A stretch of DNA of 64,000 bases from Candidatus Neptunichlamydia sp. (GTDB lineage: Bacteria; Chlamydiota; Chlamydiia; Chlamydiales; Simkaniaceae): positions 928,001 through 992,000 of the forward strand of contig OZ247587.1 of NCBI GenBank assembly GCA_965233865.1, in the 5' to 3' direction. This document shows positions 20,657-29,101 of this stretch, piece after piece. The first letter of the stretch is position 1. Every line of letters starts with the position of its first letter. The notes beneath the pieces were generated by a model. It saw only the letters and a list, made by a program, of their open reading frames with translations, was not told the origin of the DNA and did not search any database. Made by a program: the position numbers and the translations under genes.

Positions 20657-23600
20657 ATGATAAAATACGTGATGAAAAGCAGAACTGTAACACTCTTCCT
20701 CTACTACATATTTTTATGTTTTTCTTTATCCACCGCTTATGCTGCAAAAGGTCCAATCTCACACCCTCAAGCAGATCTCTCACCAGAAAAGGGTCTAATA
20801 CCTGATGCTTCCTCAGGACCAGGATATACGATTAACTTCGATAACGTTCCAGTTCTAGAAGTCGTCAAGTTTATCAGCAAAATTGGGAAGGTTAACTTCG
20901 TCTATGATGAAACAGCCTTAAACTTCAATGTTACAATCGCTTCAGAAGAGCCTACTCCTCTCGTTCATGTAATGGCGGCATTTATTCAGGTCCTTAGAAT
21001 CAATGGTCTAGACCTGATTGAGCAAGGGAACACTCTGGTGATTTCCAAAGGAGCGGGCATTAGGCAGATTGCAACAGTCGTCTCCAAAGAAGTCCCCCTT
21101 ACTGGGGATTATATCCCGCCGATTATGACCCGTGTATTTGATGTGAAAAATGCTAACCCCGATACGTTAGCAGGAATCATTCGACCTCTTCTCTCTTCAT
21201 CTGCAATCATAGAAGTGTCTGAGGCGACCCGTCACATTATCGTGACTGACATCACTCAGAACATAGAAGAAGTGCATAAGCTCTTTTACACTCTAGATGT
21301 TCCCAGGTCTGCTTTGAGCCTTGACTCATTTTCTTGCCATAACAGCTCTCCTGAAGAGCTAATCGCTCTTGCAAACCAAATCATGATCCCTATTTCTGAA
21401 GGGAATCCCTTAATATTTGTTCCTCAAAACCAAACACGCACGATCTTTATAGTTTCAACGCCCTTTCTTATCGAACAGTCGATCATGATCTTAGAAGATC
21501 TTGATACCCCTCCCTCTCTATCTAGAGGAATCCCTGGGCCGCTCACTGCAAACAACATTTTAATCTACCACATTAAATACAAGCCTGCTGATGCCTTGAT
21601 GCAAGGTGTCAAAGGGGTTGAAGGAAATCTTCACCAGCTAGGTCCTTCTTCTCAAAATTTAGTCGGTGCCTTAGGCTCCATGAAGTTTGTGAAACAAAGT
21701 CACTCTCTGTTTTTTGTTGGAGATACTCAGTCCCTTGATGAAGTCAAAACCATCTTGGATAGCTTGGATGTTCCCTATAGCGAGCAGGAACTCGAATATG
21801 TTCGAGGGGGGTTCTACATCTACAAAATTAAATATAATGATGAACAAGAAATTGCCAGCTCTCTTGACAAGCTTGTTAAAAACTTAAAAAATTCTGATCA
21901 TCCAGATACCGATCTTATCAGCACTATTCAATCAATGAAGTATATCAAGGAGAACGACTCTTTGATGTTCACCGGAGATCAACGGTCCATTAACCGTCTA
22001 AAAGAGATTTTGACAACGTTTGATGTACCTCAACATCAGATTTCGAAGATCCCCATGAGTAACCACTTCTTCATCTACAAGCCCACAAATGAGACTGCAG
22101 AAGACTTGTTAACTCAGGTAAAAAACACCTCTAAAAATCTTAAGAATTCTAATTTTACCGATGCAGCATTTCTGAAAGCTCTAAGCTCTATAACCCTTTC
22201 TGATGAAGGCAAATCCGTCACGTTTACTGGAGACCGACAATCCCTTGATCGAATTAAGGCTTTAGTCGCAGGGATGGATCAACCTAAAGGACCGGCTTCT
22301 GCTGAAACAAAAAATTTTATCTATCAGATCCAATTTGTAAATCCCGAATACATTGAAGGAGGGCTTCAAAGTATAGCAGAAACGCTCCCTTCTGATAACC
22401 CTTTAACTCTGACAATCGATAACATGAAATATGTCAAGCAGTCAAACTCGATTGTTTTTAGAGGGTCAGAAAACACGATTAGCGAGATCAAAACAATCTT
22501 GCCAACGCTTGATAATCAGCAAATTTCTCAAAATCAAGCAGCTGGAAAGTCTACGTACTTTGTCTACAAATTGCAAAATGCTTCCGGTAATCAAGTCATT
22601 AAAGAACTCAAGCAAACAGCTCAATCCATCAAGGGTTCTACTACCCAAGATAAAGAAGTTATACAATCAATCAACAGTATTGATTGTATTGAGTCAACAA
22701 ATTCTCTAGTTATTACAGGCCCTCCCTCTGTTATTGATCGCATTAGAGGCATGATTGAAAAATATGATACTCATCGTGCAGAGGCGACTTCGTTCTATGT
22801 CTATAAACCAACAGGTATCACTGCTGAAAAATTCCAAAAACGTGCTCTCAGCGCTGCAAAAGAAATGGATGCTGCTGGACTTGATAATAGTAGCTTTATT
22901 GAAGCTATGGGCTCCGCGAAAATTGTATCGAATGGTTCTGCTGTAATGTTTACCGGTACTCCTCAAAGCATCGAAAAACTCAAAGAGATGATTACATCTT
23001 TTGACTCCTATAAAGCAGATCAGCCAAAAACTTCAGAATTTTTTATGTACAAACCTAAGGTGATTTCGGCAGAACAACTTAGAAATGACGTCTTAAAAGC
23101 TGCTAAACAGCTTGAGAAGTCAGGACTCCAAGATCCTGAGTTAATTAGCGCCATGGACTCTGCCAAAATCTCCTCTAGTGGAGATCGTGTTGTCTTTACG
23201 GGAACACCTGAAGCTATTTCAAAAATAAAAATGATGGCTGAACAGTATGATAATCAAGAGGAACAAACCAAAGCTTCTCAGTATTTTATTTTCAAACCGC
23301 AGCATCAAACTCCTGAAGAGATTATCAAACAATCACAACATGCTGCCGATCAAATGGAAGATAAGGGTCTCACTGACAGGAGCCTGATTACAGCTCTTAG
23401 CTCTGCAACAATTGTTTCCCAGGGAACTGGTGTTCTATACACTGGAACCAAGGATGCCATAATGCAAATTGAGGACCTTGTTCCAACCTTTGACAATACA
23501 AAGGCTACCTCCCCCGATGCAAACCAATTCTTTGTGTATACTCCTGTTCATATTACCGCCGATCAGCTAAGGCAACACTCACGTCGTGTTGCAGATGACA

Positions 23601-25480
23601 TGGAAGGTGCTGGGTTTAGCGATAAAAGCTTGATTAGCACCCTGCAAAACACCCGCCTTGCTTCTAACAGAAAAGGTGTTTTATTTACGGGAACTTCAGA
23701 GTCAATTGCCAAAGTTCAACAATTACTCCCCTCTTTAGATAGTCCAACGGATGATCAGCCCAAACAAGTTGGGAAGACCACTTTCATGATCTACAAGATC
23801 AAGTATCTAACAGGGCAAACCTTAATGGGATACTTAAGAAATATGGCCTCAGACTTGCAACGCGCTGGGTCTACTCAAGATGACTTAATGACAACTTTGA
23901 ACAATATGCGCTATGTTCAGGATACTAACTCGATTATCTTTACTGGAACCCCTCATGCTATTCAAGAATCTCTGGCCCTAGCTCAGAAATTTGATATTCC
24001 TTCGCTTGCTCAAGAAGCTCCCATTCGTGCCCCTACTGACTATCTGATTTACAAACCTAAGTTCGTTCCTGGAGAAGAATTAATTCGTGTACTCCACGAT
24101 TTTGAGCAGAATTTAAGAACATCTGGCGTCACTGATAAAGAACTCTTTGATGTGATCAATAACCTCAAGTGGATGGAAAGGACCTCTTCAATTCTAGTCT
24201 CAGGCGATGAAAAGGAGACAAAAAAAGTTTTAGAGCTTCTAGAACGTTTTGATATTCCTGGACCTGGAATTCCTGAGGGTGCACCTGGAATTGAAACTGT
24301 CTCTGATATGAGCTTCCTTATTTACAAGTTACAGTATCATTCAGGAGAAGAAATCCAGTCAGCAATTAAGCTTATCGGAGTAGACCTTGGAAAATCAAAA
24401 TCAAATAGTGATTTAGCCCAAGCAATTCGAACACTTCAATGGATCGAGGTCACCAATTCCCTTGTTGCCACAGGGCAAGCAGATTCCTTAGGGAAACTCA
24501 AGGAGTTGATCAAGAGCATTGACATCCCTCTTAAGCAAGTCTTTGTAGAAATTTTAGTGATTGAAACGCAAAACGCCGACACTCTAGAATTTGGTCTTCA
24601 CTGGGGGTCTCAAGGTGTCTACCGCAATAAGTTCTCTTATGGCACATATGGCAATCCTATAAATACATCGAACAACAAAGATCCACTCGTGTCCTTTAAC
24701 GAATCCGTACAAAGAATTACTGGATCAGCAACTCCGAGTGGAACCATGATTCCAGTCGTATCAGGTGGAGATCTTGGAGTAATTGGGGATATTATCCTCC
24801 ATAAAGGACAGACCTATTTTGCACTAGGTTCTTTGATCAATGCACTCAAGAATGATGGTGATTCTACGATTGTAATGAACCAGAAAATCATCACTCAGGA
24901 CAATAAAATGTCTACCATCTTCTCAGGGCAGAACATTCCCTATACTGGATCCCTTGTCACACAAACGGGTGCGAATCAAATCACAACAGCCAACTTGGAA
25001 TATCGCGATGTGGGAATCAGCCTAAGTATTACTCCTGTTGTTGGGAATAACGACATTATCACACTCATGATTGAGGAAGACATTTCCGAACAAATCAATA
25101 CCGATCAAGGAAGTAGCGTAAACTCTGATCAGGTTCAAGGAATTACAACAAGTAAAAACAGCACGAAGGTTGTTGTCAGTGTTCCAGACAAAAGCTTCCT
25201 TGTCTTAAGTGGGTCGATTCAGGACTCTAAAACACGCACCAAAACAAGCATTCCCTGCCTTGGAGGTCTTCCTCTGATTGGTGCGGCCTTTTCCGATGTC
25301 AGTCTGGATAGCTCGGTTGCAAACATTGTCTTCTTTGTGAAGCCGCAAATTATCAAATCCTTCGATGTCTACTCGGAGATTACCGAAAGACAGGAAGATA
25401 TTTTCCGCGGTTACTCAGGTGACTCTGAAGACTTTGATATTGGTGTCGAACTTGTCAAAACCCCAGATGACACTTATTAG
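20657..25480 (+). CDS. Giant secretin of the chlamydial CdsC/SctC type with 12 tandem periplasmic repeats
   Basis: Signal peptide, N0 (GYTINFDNV...LNFNVTI), N1 and N2 domains, 12 repeats, then secretin core (KQVFVEILVIE, EYRDVGISLSITP, IPCLGGLPLIGAAF, VFFVKPQII). Confidence 0.92.
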   Translation: MIKYVMKSRTVTLFLYYIFLCFSLSTAYAAKGPISHPQADLSPEKGLIPDASSGPGYTINFDNVPVLEVVKFISKIGKVNFVYDETALNFNVTIASEEPTPLVHVMAAFIQVLRINGLDLIEQGNTLVISKGAGIRQIATVVSKEVPLTGDYIPPIMTRVFDVKNANPDTLAGIIRPLLSSSAIIEVSEATRHIIVTDITQNIEEVHKLFYTLDVPRSALSLDSFSCHNSSPEELIALANQIMIPISEGNPLIFVPQNQTRTIFIVSTPFLIEQSIMILEDLDTPPSLSRGIPGPLTANNILIYHIKYKPADALMQGVKGVEGNLHQLGPSSQNLVGALGSMKFVKQSHSLFFVGDTQSLDEVKTILDSLDVPYSEQELEYVRGGFYIYKIKYNDEQEIASSLDKLVKNLKNSDHPDTDLISTIQSMKYIKENDSLMFTGDQRSINRLKEILTTFDVPQHQISKIPMSNHFFIYKPTNETAEDLLTQVKNTSKNLKNSNFTDAAFLKALSSITLSDEGKSVTFTGDRQSLDRIKALVAGMDQPKGPASAETKNFIYQIQFVNPEYIEGGLQSIAETLPSDNPLTLTIDNMKYVKQSNSIVFRGSENTISEIKTILPTLDNQQISQNQAAGKSTYFVYKLQNASGNQVIKELKQTAQSIKGSTTQDKEVIQSINSIDCIESTNSLVITGPPSVIDRIRGMIEKYDTHRAEATSFYVYKPTGITAEKFQKRALSAAKEMDAAGLDNSSFIEAMGSAKIVSNGSAVMFTGTPQSIEKLKEMITSFDSYKADQPKTSEFFMYKPKVISAEQLRNDVLKAAKQLEKSGLQDPELISAMDSAKISSSGDRVVFTGTPEAISKIKMMAEQYDNQEEQTKASQYFIFKPQHQTPEEIIKQSQHAADQMEDKGLTDRSLITALSSATIVSQGTGVLYTGTKDAIMQIEDLVPTFDNTKATSPDANQFFVYTPVHITADQLRQHSRRVADDMEGAGFSDKSLISTLQNTRLASNRKGVLFTGTSESIAKVQQLLPSLDSPTDDQPKQVGKTTFMIYKIKYLTGQTLMGYLRNMASDLQRAGSTQDDLMTTLNNMRYVQDTNSIIFTGTPHAIQESLALAQKFDIPSLAQEAPIRAPTDYLIYKPKFVPGEELIRVLHDFEQNLRTSGVTDKELFDVINNLKWMERTSSILVSGDEKETKKVLELLERFDIPGPGIPEGAPGIETVSDMSFLIYKLQYHSGEEIQSAIKLIGVDLGKSKSNSDLAQAIRTLQWIEVTNSLVATGQADSLGKLKELIKSIDIPLKQVFVEILVIETQNADTLEFGLHWGSQGVYRNKFSYGTYGNPINTSNNKDPLVSFNESVQRITGSATPSGTMIPVVSGGDLGVIGDIILHKGQTYFALGSLINALKNDGDSTIVMNQKIITQDNKMSTIFSGQNIPYTGSLVTQTGANQITTANLEYRDVGISLSITPVVGNNDIITLMIEEDISEQINTDQGSSVNSDQVQGITTSKNSTKVVVSVPDKSFLVLSGSIQDSKTRTKTSIPCLGGLPLIGAAFSDVSLDSSVANIVFFVKPQIIKSFDVYSEITERQEDIFRGYSGDSEDFDIGVELVKTPDDTY
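21557..24525 (+). repeat. 12 tandem protein-level repeats (~82 aa) in the secretin
   Basis: Repeat starts: IYHIKY, IYKIKY, IYKPTN, IYQIQF, VYKLQN, VYKPTG, MYKPKV, IFKPQH, VYTPVH, IYKIKY, IYKPKF, IYKLQY. Each ends with a F/YTG-like strand and a helix closing in L/F/Y/M/I-D. Confidence 0.9.
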
Positions 25481-25567
25481 TTTCAACCTGAGATTTGTAA
25501 AGCACTAGCCTTAAGAGGGCGTCAAACAGCTGGACTTTTCGTTCGATGAATGCTAGGCTGTTTCCCA

Positions 25568-26521
25568 ATGAAGTATGCAAAATTAATCCTCACCGTTTTT
25601 TTATTGCTCGCCGTGACAGGTTGCTACAAGGTCCCTGATAAAATTGAGCCACAGGTGAATTTCTCGGTGCAAGACAAGTACTTAAAGCAATTACCTCCCG
25701 CTTTCCCCCCACTAGACTCAAGTGAGAAAGGAGAATCGTGGGGACAGGAGTATCTGATTGCTCAAAAATTTGCAGAACATTTGGACCTTTACCGCGCAAT
25801 TACGACATTTAAACGTGCGGAGTTTTTATTACCAGCGGGGAAGCTTAACCGTCTTGAAGAGATTCAGTACCAGATCCTCTTGAGCTACTATTTAGGAAAG
25901 CGATATGAGCAAGTAACGCAAGAGTTTATCCACTCATCTCTATACTCAGCGACAGAGAGTTTTCCTGCTTACCATGATCTTCTGATCATAATGTATGAAA
26001 GTTACCTGGAAGTGGGAGAAGAGCAAAAAGCGGATTACGTCTTTAAAGTGATAGAACACCGTTTTCCTGAAGCAGCAAAAAGGCTCAAAGTTTCAACGGC
26101 CCTGATTGAAGGGAATCTGGACACACTCCAAACGATTCAGAAGGAAGGCCCTTCAAAGGAATACATCACACAATTTCTAAACACTTACGAAGCAAAAAAA
26201 AAGTCTGTTAAAAAAGCACAAACGCTCAATGCCCTCCTGCCAGGTGCAGGGTTCTTGTATATCGGGCAAAAACAATCAGCATTTACCTCTTTTCTCTTAA
26301 ATGGCCTCTTTATCTGGGCGTCGGTTCACTTTTACACTAAAGGAAACTATGCAGCCGGAGCAATCTTCACAAGCTTTGAAACAGGCTGGTATTTTGGAGG
26401 GATCTATGGAGCTGGAGAAAGTGCTAAGTTTTACAATGAACGTCTTTACGAAGAGAATGTCTGCCCCATCCTTAACAAACATAGCTCCTTTCCTGTCTTA
26501 ATGCTGAAGTTTGGGTTCTAA
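25568..26521 (+). CDS. Putative lipoprotein with TPR-like helices and a C-terminal TM2-like membrane region
   Basis: Lipobox LAVTGC; LLPGAGFLYIGQ motif followed by hydrophobic segments. Confidence 0.75.
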   Translation: MKYAKLILTVFLLLAVTGCYKVPDKIEPQVNFSVQDKYLKQLPPAFPPLDSSEKGESWGQEYLIAQKFAEHLDLYRAITTFKRAEFLLPAGKLNRLEEIQYQILLSYYLGKRYEQVTQEFIHSSLYSATESFPAYHDLLIIMYESYLEVGEEQKADYVFKVIEHRFPEAAKRLKVSTALIEGNLDTLQTIQKEGPSKEYITQFLNTYEAKKKSVKKAQTLNALLPGAGFLYIGQKQSAFTSFLLNGLFIWASVHFYTKGNYAAGAIFTSFETGWYFGGIYGAGESAKFYNERLYEENVCPILNKHSSFPVLMLKFGF

Positions 26522-26943
26522 TGAAAACACTCCTATTACTCATTTTGTCCATTCCTCTATTTGCTGAAGTGGGGTTTGTGAAACCATGGGGAAGAGATTC
26601 TGAACTGGTCCCTAGCACTAGTCTCATTCCTCCCCTTCCAGAACAGTCAGGGCTCATGACTAAACTGAGCGAATATATTATCCTTTTTCATCAAAATATC
26701 ATCTCCCCTGTTGATGGCCCCCGTAGTCACTTCCGTCCCACAAGCTCACGCTATATGCTTCTGGCAATGAGAAGAAATGGCTTTATCAAAGGGTACATTA
26801 TGGGATGTGACCGCCTCCTACGAGAAAATAAGGAGGAGTGGGTCTATCGCACAGTAACAATTAATGGAGAGACTTATAAGTGGGACCCAACTTTTTCATC
26901 ATCAAAAAGAAGCGGCTCCTCCAAGAAGGCTACTTCATCATGA
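26521..26943 (+). CDS. YidD-like membrane protein insertion efficiency factor domain protein
   Basis: ISPVDGPRSHFRPTSSRY...GCDRLLR matches the YidD pattern with Cys-to-Ser changes; has an N-terminal signal-like segment. Confidence 0.75.
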   Translation: MKTLLLLILSIPLFAEVGFVKPWGRDSELVPSTSLIPPLPEQSGLMTKLSEYIILFHQNIISPVDGPRSHFRPTSSRYMLLAMRRNGFIKGYIMGCDRLLRENKEEWVYRTVTINGETYKWDPTFSSSKRSGSSKKATSS

Positions 26944-28262
26944 GATGATTTCTTCTTGTCCTGCTTCTTTTTACCTTTGAGATAAAAAGTCAGGGGGACA
27001 CCAGTATATTGATAGGCCTTGCGGAACTGATTGATTAGATATTTTTTATAGGTATCGCCTAAAAGGCTAATCTGATTAACGAAGAAGACGAAACGGGGGG
27101 GAGCGGAGTCAACCTGCGCCATATAGTAGATACGAAGGCGTTTCCCTTTAAGCATTGGAGGATGCACCTTATGCATCACCTTCTCAATAAATTTATTGAG
27201 TTGTCCGGTAGATATTCTTTTTGTAAGATTTTCATAAACCTCTCGAATCAAAGGGAAGAGCTCATCAATTTTTCTACCTGTTAGAGCAGATCCAAATAAA
27301 GTGGGGCAGTAATTGATAAAGGATGCTTCAATCTCGAGACTCTTTTTACAATGCTCCATTCGAAATCCCTTTACAAGGTCCCATTTATTGAGAAAAATGA
27401 TGCATCCCTTTCCTTTTGATTCAATAGAATTAGCAATCCTTTTTTCCTGAGAGGTCATTCCCTCTTGGGAATCCAGCATGAAGATACACACATCGGCCCG
27501 TTCAATCGCGCGTTCGGTCCGAATAGCAGCAAATTTATCAACGACTTCAGGCTCAGATTTTTTTCGACGGATCCCTGCTGTATCAATAAAGGTAAAAGTC
27601 TCTCTTTCAAACTCTACGGCAACATCGATTGAGTCTCGAGTCGTTCCAGCAATAGGGCTCACGACGCACCGGGATTCATCTAAAAGTGTATTGATAAGGG
27701 TTGACTTTCCAACATTGGGACGACCAACGATGGCTACCTTAATCCCCTTAGCATCATCTTCTCTATCAACAAGGGGACAAGGCTCGAGAGCTGCCTGCAA
27801 CATTTCAACAATGTTATTCCCTTGAATCGCAGATACAGGAATCATCCTCTTTATCCCTAATGCATAGAATGGTGCCAGGATCGAATGGTCTTCATTATCC
27901 ATTTTATTTACAGCAAGGGTAAGTGGCTTTCCACTTTTCAAGAGAATTTGCGCAACATTTTTGTCTAAATTGGTAAGACCAATCCGAGAATCAACAACCA
28001 TGATTAAACTGTCGGCTTCTTCAATTGCAACTTTTGCCTGAAGCTTGACCTCTTCAGCAAAGGGAATCGTACTGCTTTCATCAATCCCACCAGTGTCGAT
28101 GATTTCAAAAGGACGCCCAAATAGATCCGCTTCGGTATAGAGACGATCACGAGTCACACCTTCCATTTCATCAACGATAGCGATTCGTTTTTTAGCAATC
28201 CGATTAAAAAGGGCCGATTTCCCTACATTAGGGCGCCCTATCAAAGCAATTTTTGTTTTCAT
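26874..28262 (-). CDS. der: Ribosome biogenesis GTPase Der
   Basis: Two GRPNVGKS G-domains, DTGG/DTAG, NKMD/NKWD and a KH-like C-terminus. Confidence 0.97.
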   Translation of the reverse strand: MKTKIALIGRPNVGKSALFNRIAKKRIAIVDEMEGVTRDRLYTEADLFGRPFEIIDTGGIDESSTIPFAEEVKLQAKVAIEEADSLIMVVDSRIGLTNLDKNVAQILLKSGKPLTLAVNKMDNEDHSILAPFYALGIKRMIPVSAIQGNNIVEMLQAALEPCPLVDREDDAKGIKVAIVGRPNVGKSTLINTLLDESRCVVSPIAGTTRDSIDVAVEFERETFTFIDTAGIRRKKSEPEVVDKFAAIRTERAIERADVCIFMLDSQEGMTSQEKRIANSIESKGKGCIIFLNKWDLVKGFRMEHCKKSLEIEASFINYCPTLFGSALTGRKIDELFPLIREVYENLTKRISTGQLNKFIEKVMHKVHPPMLKGKRLRIYYMAQVDSAPPRFVFFVNQISLLGDTYKKYLINQFRKAYQYTGVPLTFYLKGKKKQDKKKSSHDEVAFLEEPLLFDDEKVGSHL

Positions 28263-28337
28263 AGGCGTTCATTATACCAAACCCTTGCTTAAAAAAAAAT
28301 ATTAATAAAAAATTGTGGAGAAGGTAAACAGTAAGGA

Positions 28338-28733
28338 ATGGAAAAAAGATACCACTTCTTGCTTATTTTTTTCTTGACTGTCGGCGCCCTTGCAATTGGA
28401 ATTTCTTTCTATGTCCAATACAGAATGGAAATCCCCCCCTGTATCTACTGCAAGTTACAGCGGTGGGGGTATTTCTTTTTGGTTCCCCTCTCAATTATTG
28501 GTCTATTGATCAGGCAGAAGCGAAGATTGCTCCGGTTCATCCAAGGAATATTGGTGATAATCCTTTGGTTTGCCGCTGTTCGTACATTCAAGGATTTTTT
28601 TGGAAGTACATGCAGCTGCGCAGTAGGAGCAATGCAATGGAAAATATTAGGATTAAACGCCTCTCTTCATAGCGCGATCCTCTCTATTGCCCTATTCTCA
28701 ATGGTGCAAATTTTTCTTAAGAGACATAAGTAG
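28338..28733 (+). CDS. Small DsbB-family disulfide bond formation protein
   Basis: Four TM segments, PCIYCKLQR motif and a second Cys pair (CSC) before WKILG. Confidence 0.8.
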   Translation: MEKRYHFLLIFFLTVGALAIGISFYVQYRMEIPPCIYCKLQRWGYFFLVPLSIIGLLIRQKRRLLRFIQGILVIILWFAAVRTFKDFFGSTCSCAVGAMQWKILGLNASLHSAILSIALFSMVQIFLKRHK

Positions 28734-28746
28734 ACTTATTTCTCTA

Positions 28747-28920
28747 TTATTTGGCCGTTTTACAATAATAGCATTCTGTTGTCCCTTCATAATTATGAAG
28801 TCCACAGTTTGAGCATTTCCATTCTTCTGCTATGGGGACTACGCGACGTGATTCCGAAAAAGTCATCGCGGGAGAAAAAGATGCTACGAGTATTAAAACT
28901 GATATTGCAAAGTGTTTCAT
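28747..28920 (-). CDS. 57-aa exported microprotein with RanBP2-type zinc finger (absent from ORF track)
   Basis: Hand translation: MKHFAISVLILVASFSPAMTFSESRRVVPIAEEWKCSNCGLHNYEGTTECYYCKTAK. Fits W-x-C-x2-C-x3-N-x6-C-x2-C; GGAAG upstream. Confidence 0.8.
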   Translation of the reverse strand: MKHFAISVLILVASFSPAMTFSESRRVVPIAEEWKCSNCGLHNYEGTTECYYCKTAK

Positions 28921-29101
28921 ATATCTTCCAATTTAAATTTTGAGTAATTTTCAAAAACACCTATTTTATTCCTTAAGCAATATAATTTCAAGGTTATTTT
29001 TTAAGAAAAATTTTATGCCTAAGGCAATCTATGCTATATATTTCCTTAGTACATGGATTATGTTGCTTTAGTAGTCATGATTGGGGTAGTCACCCCAAAT
29101 T

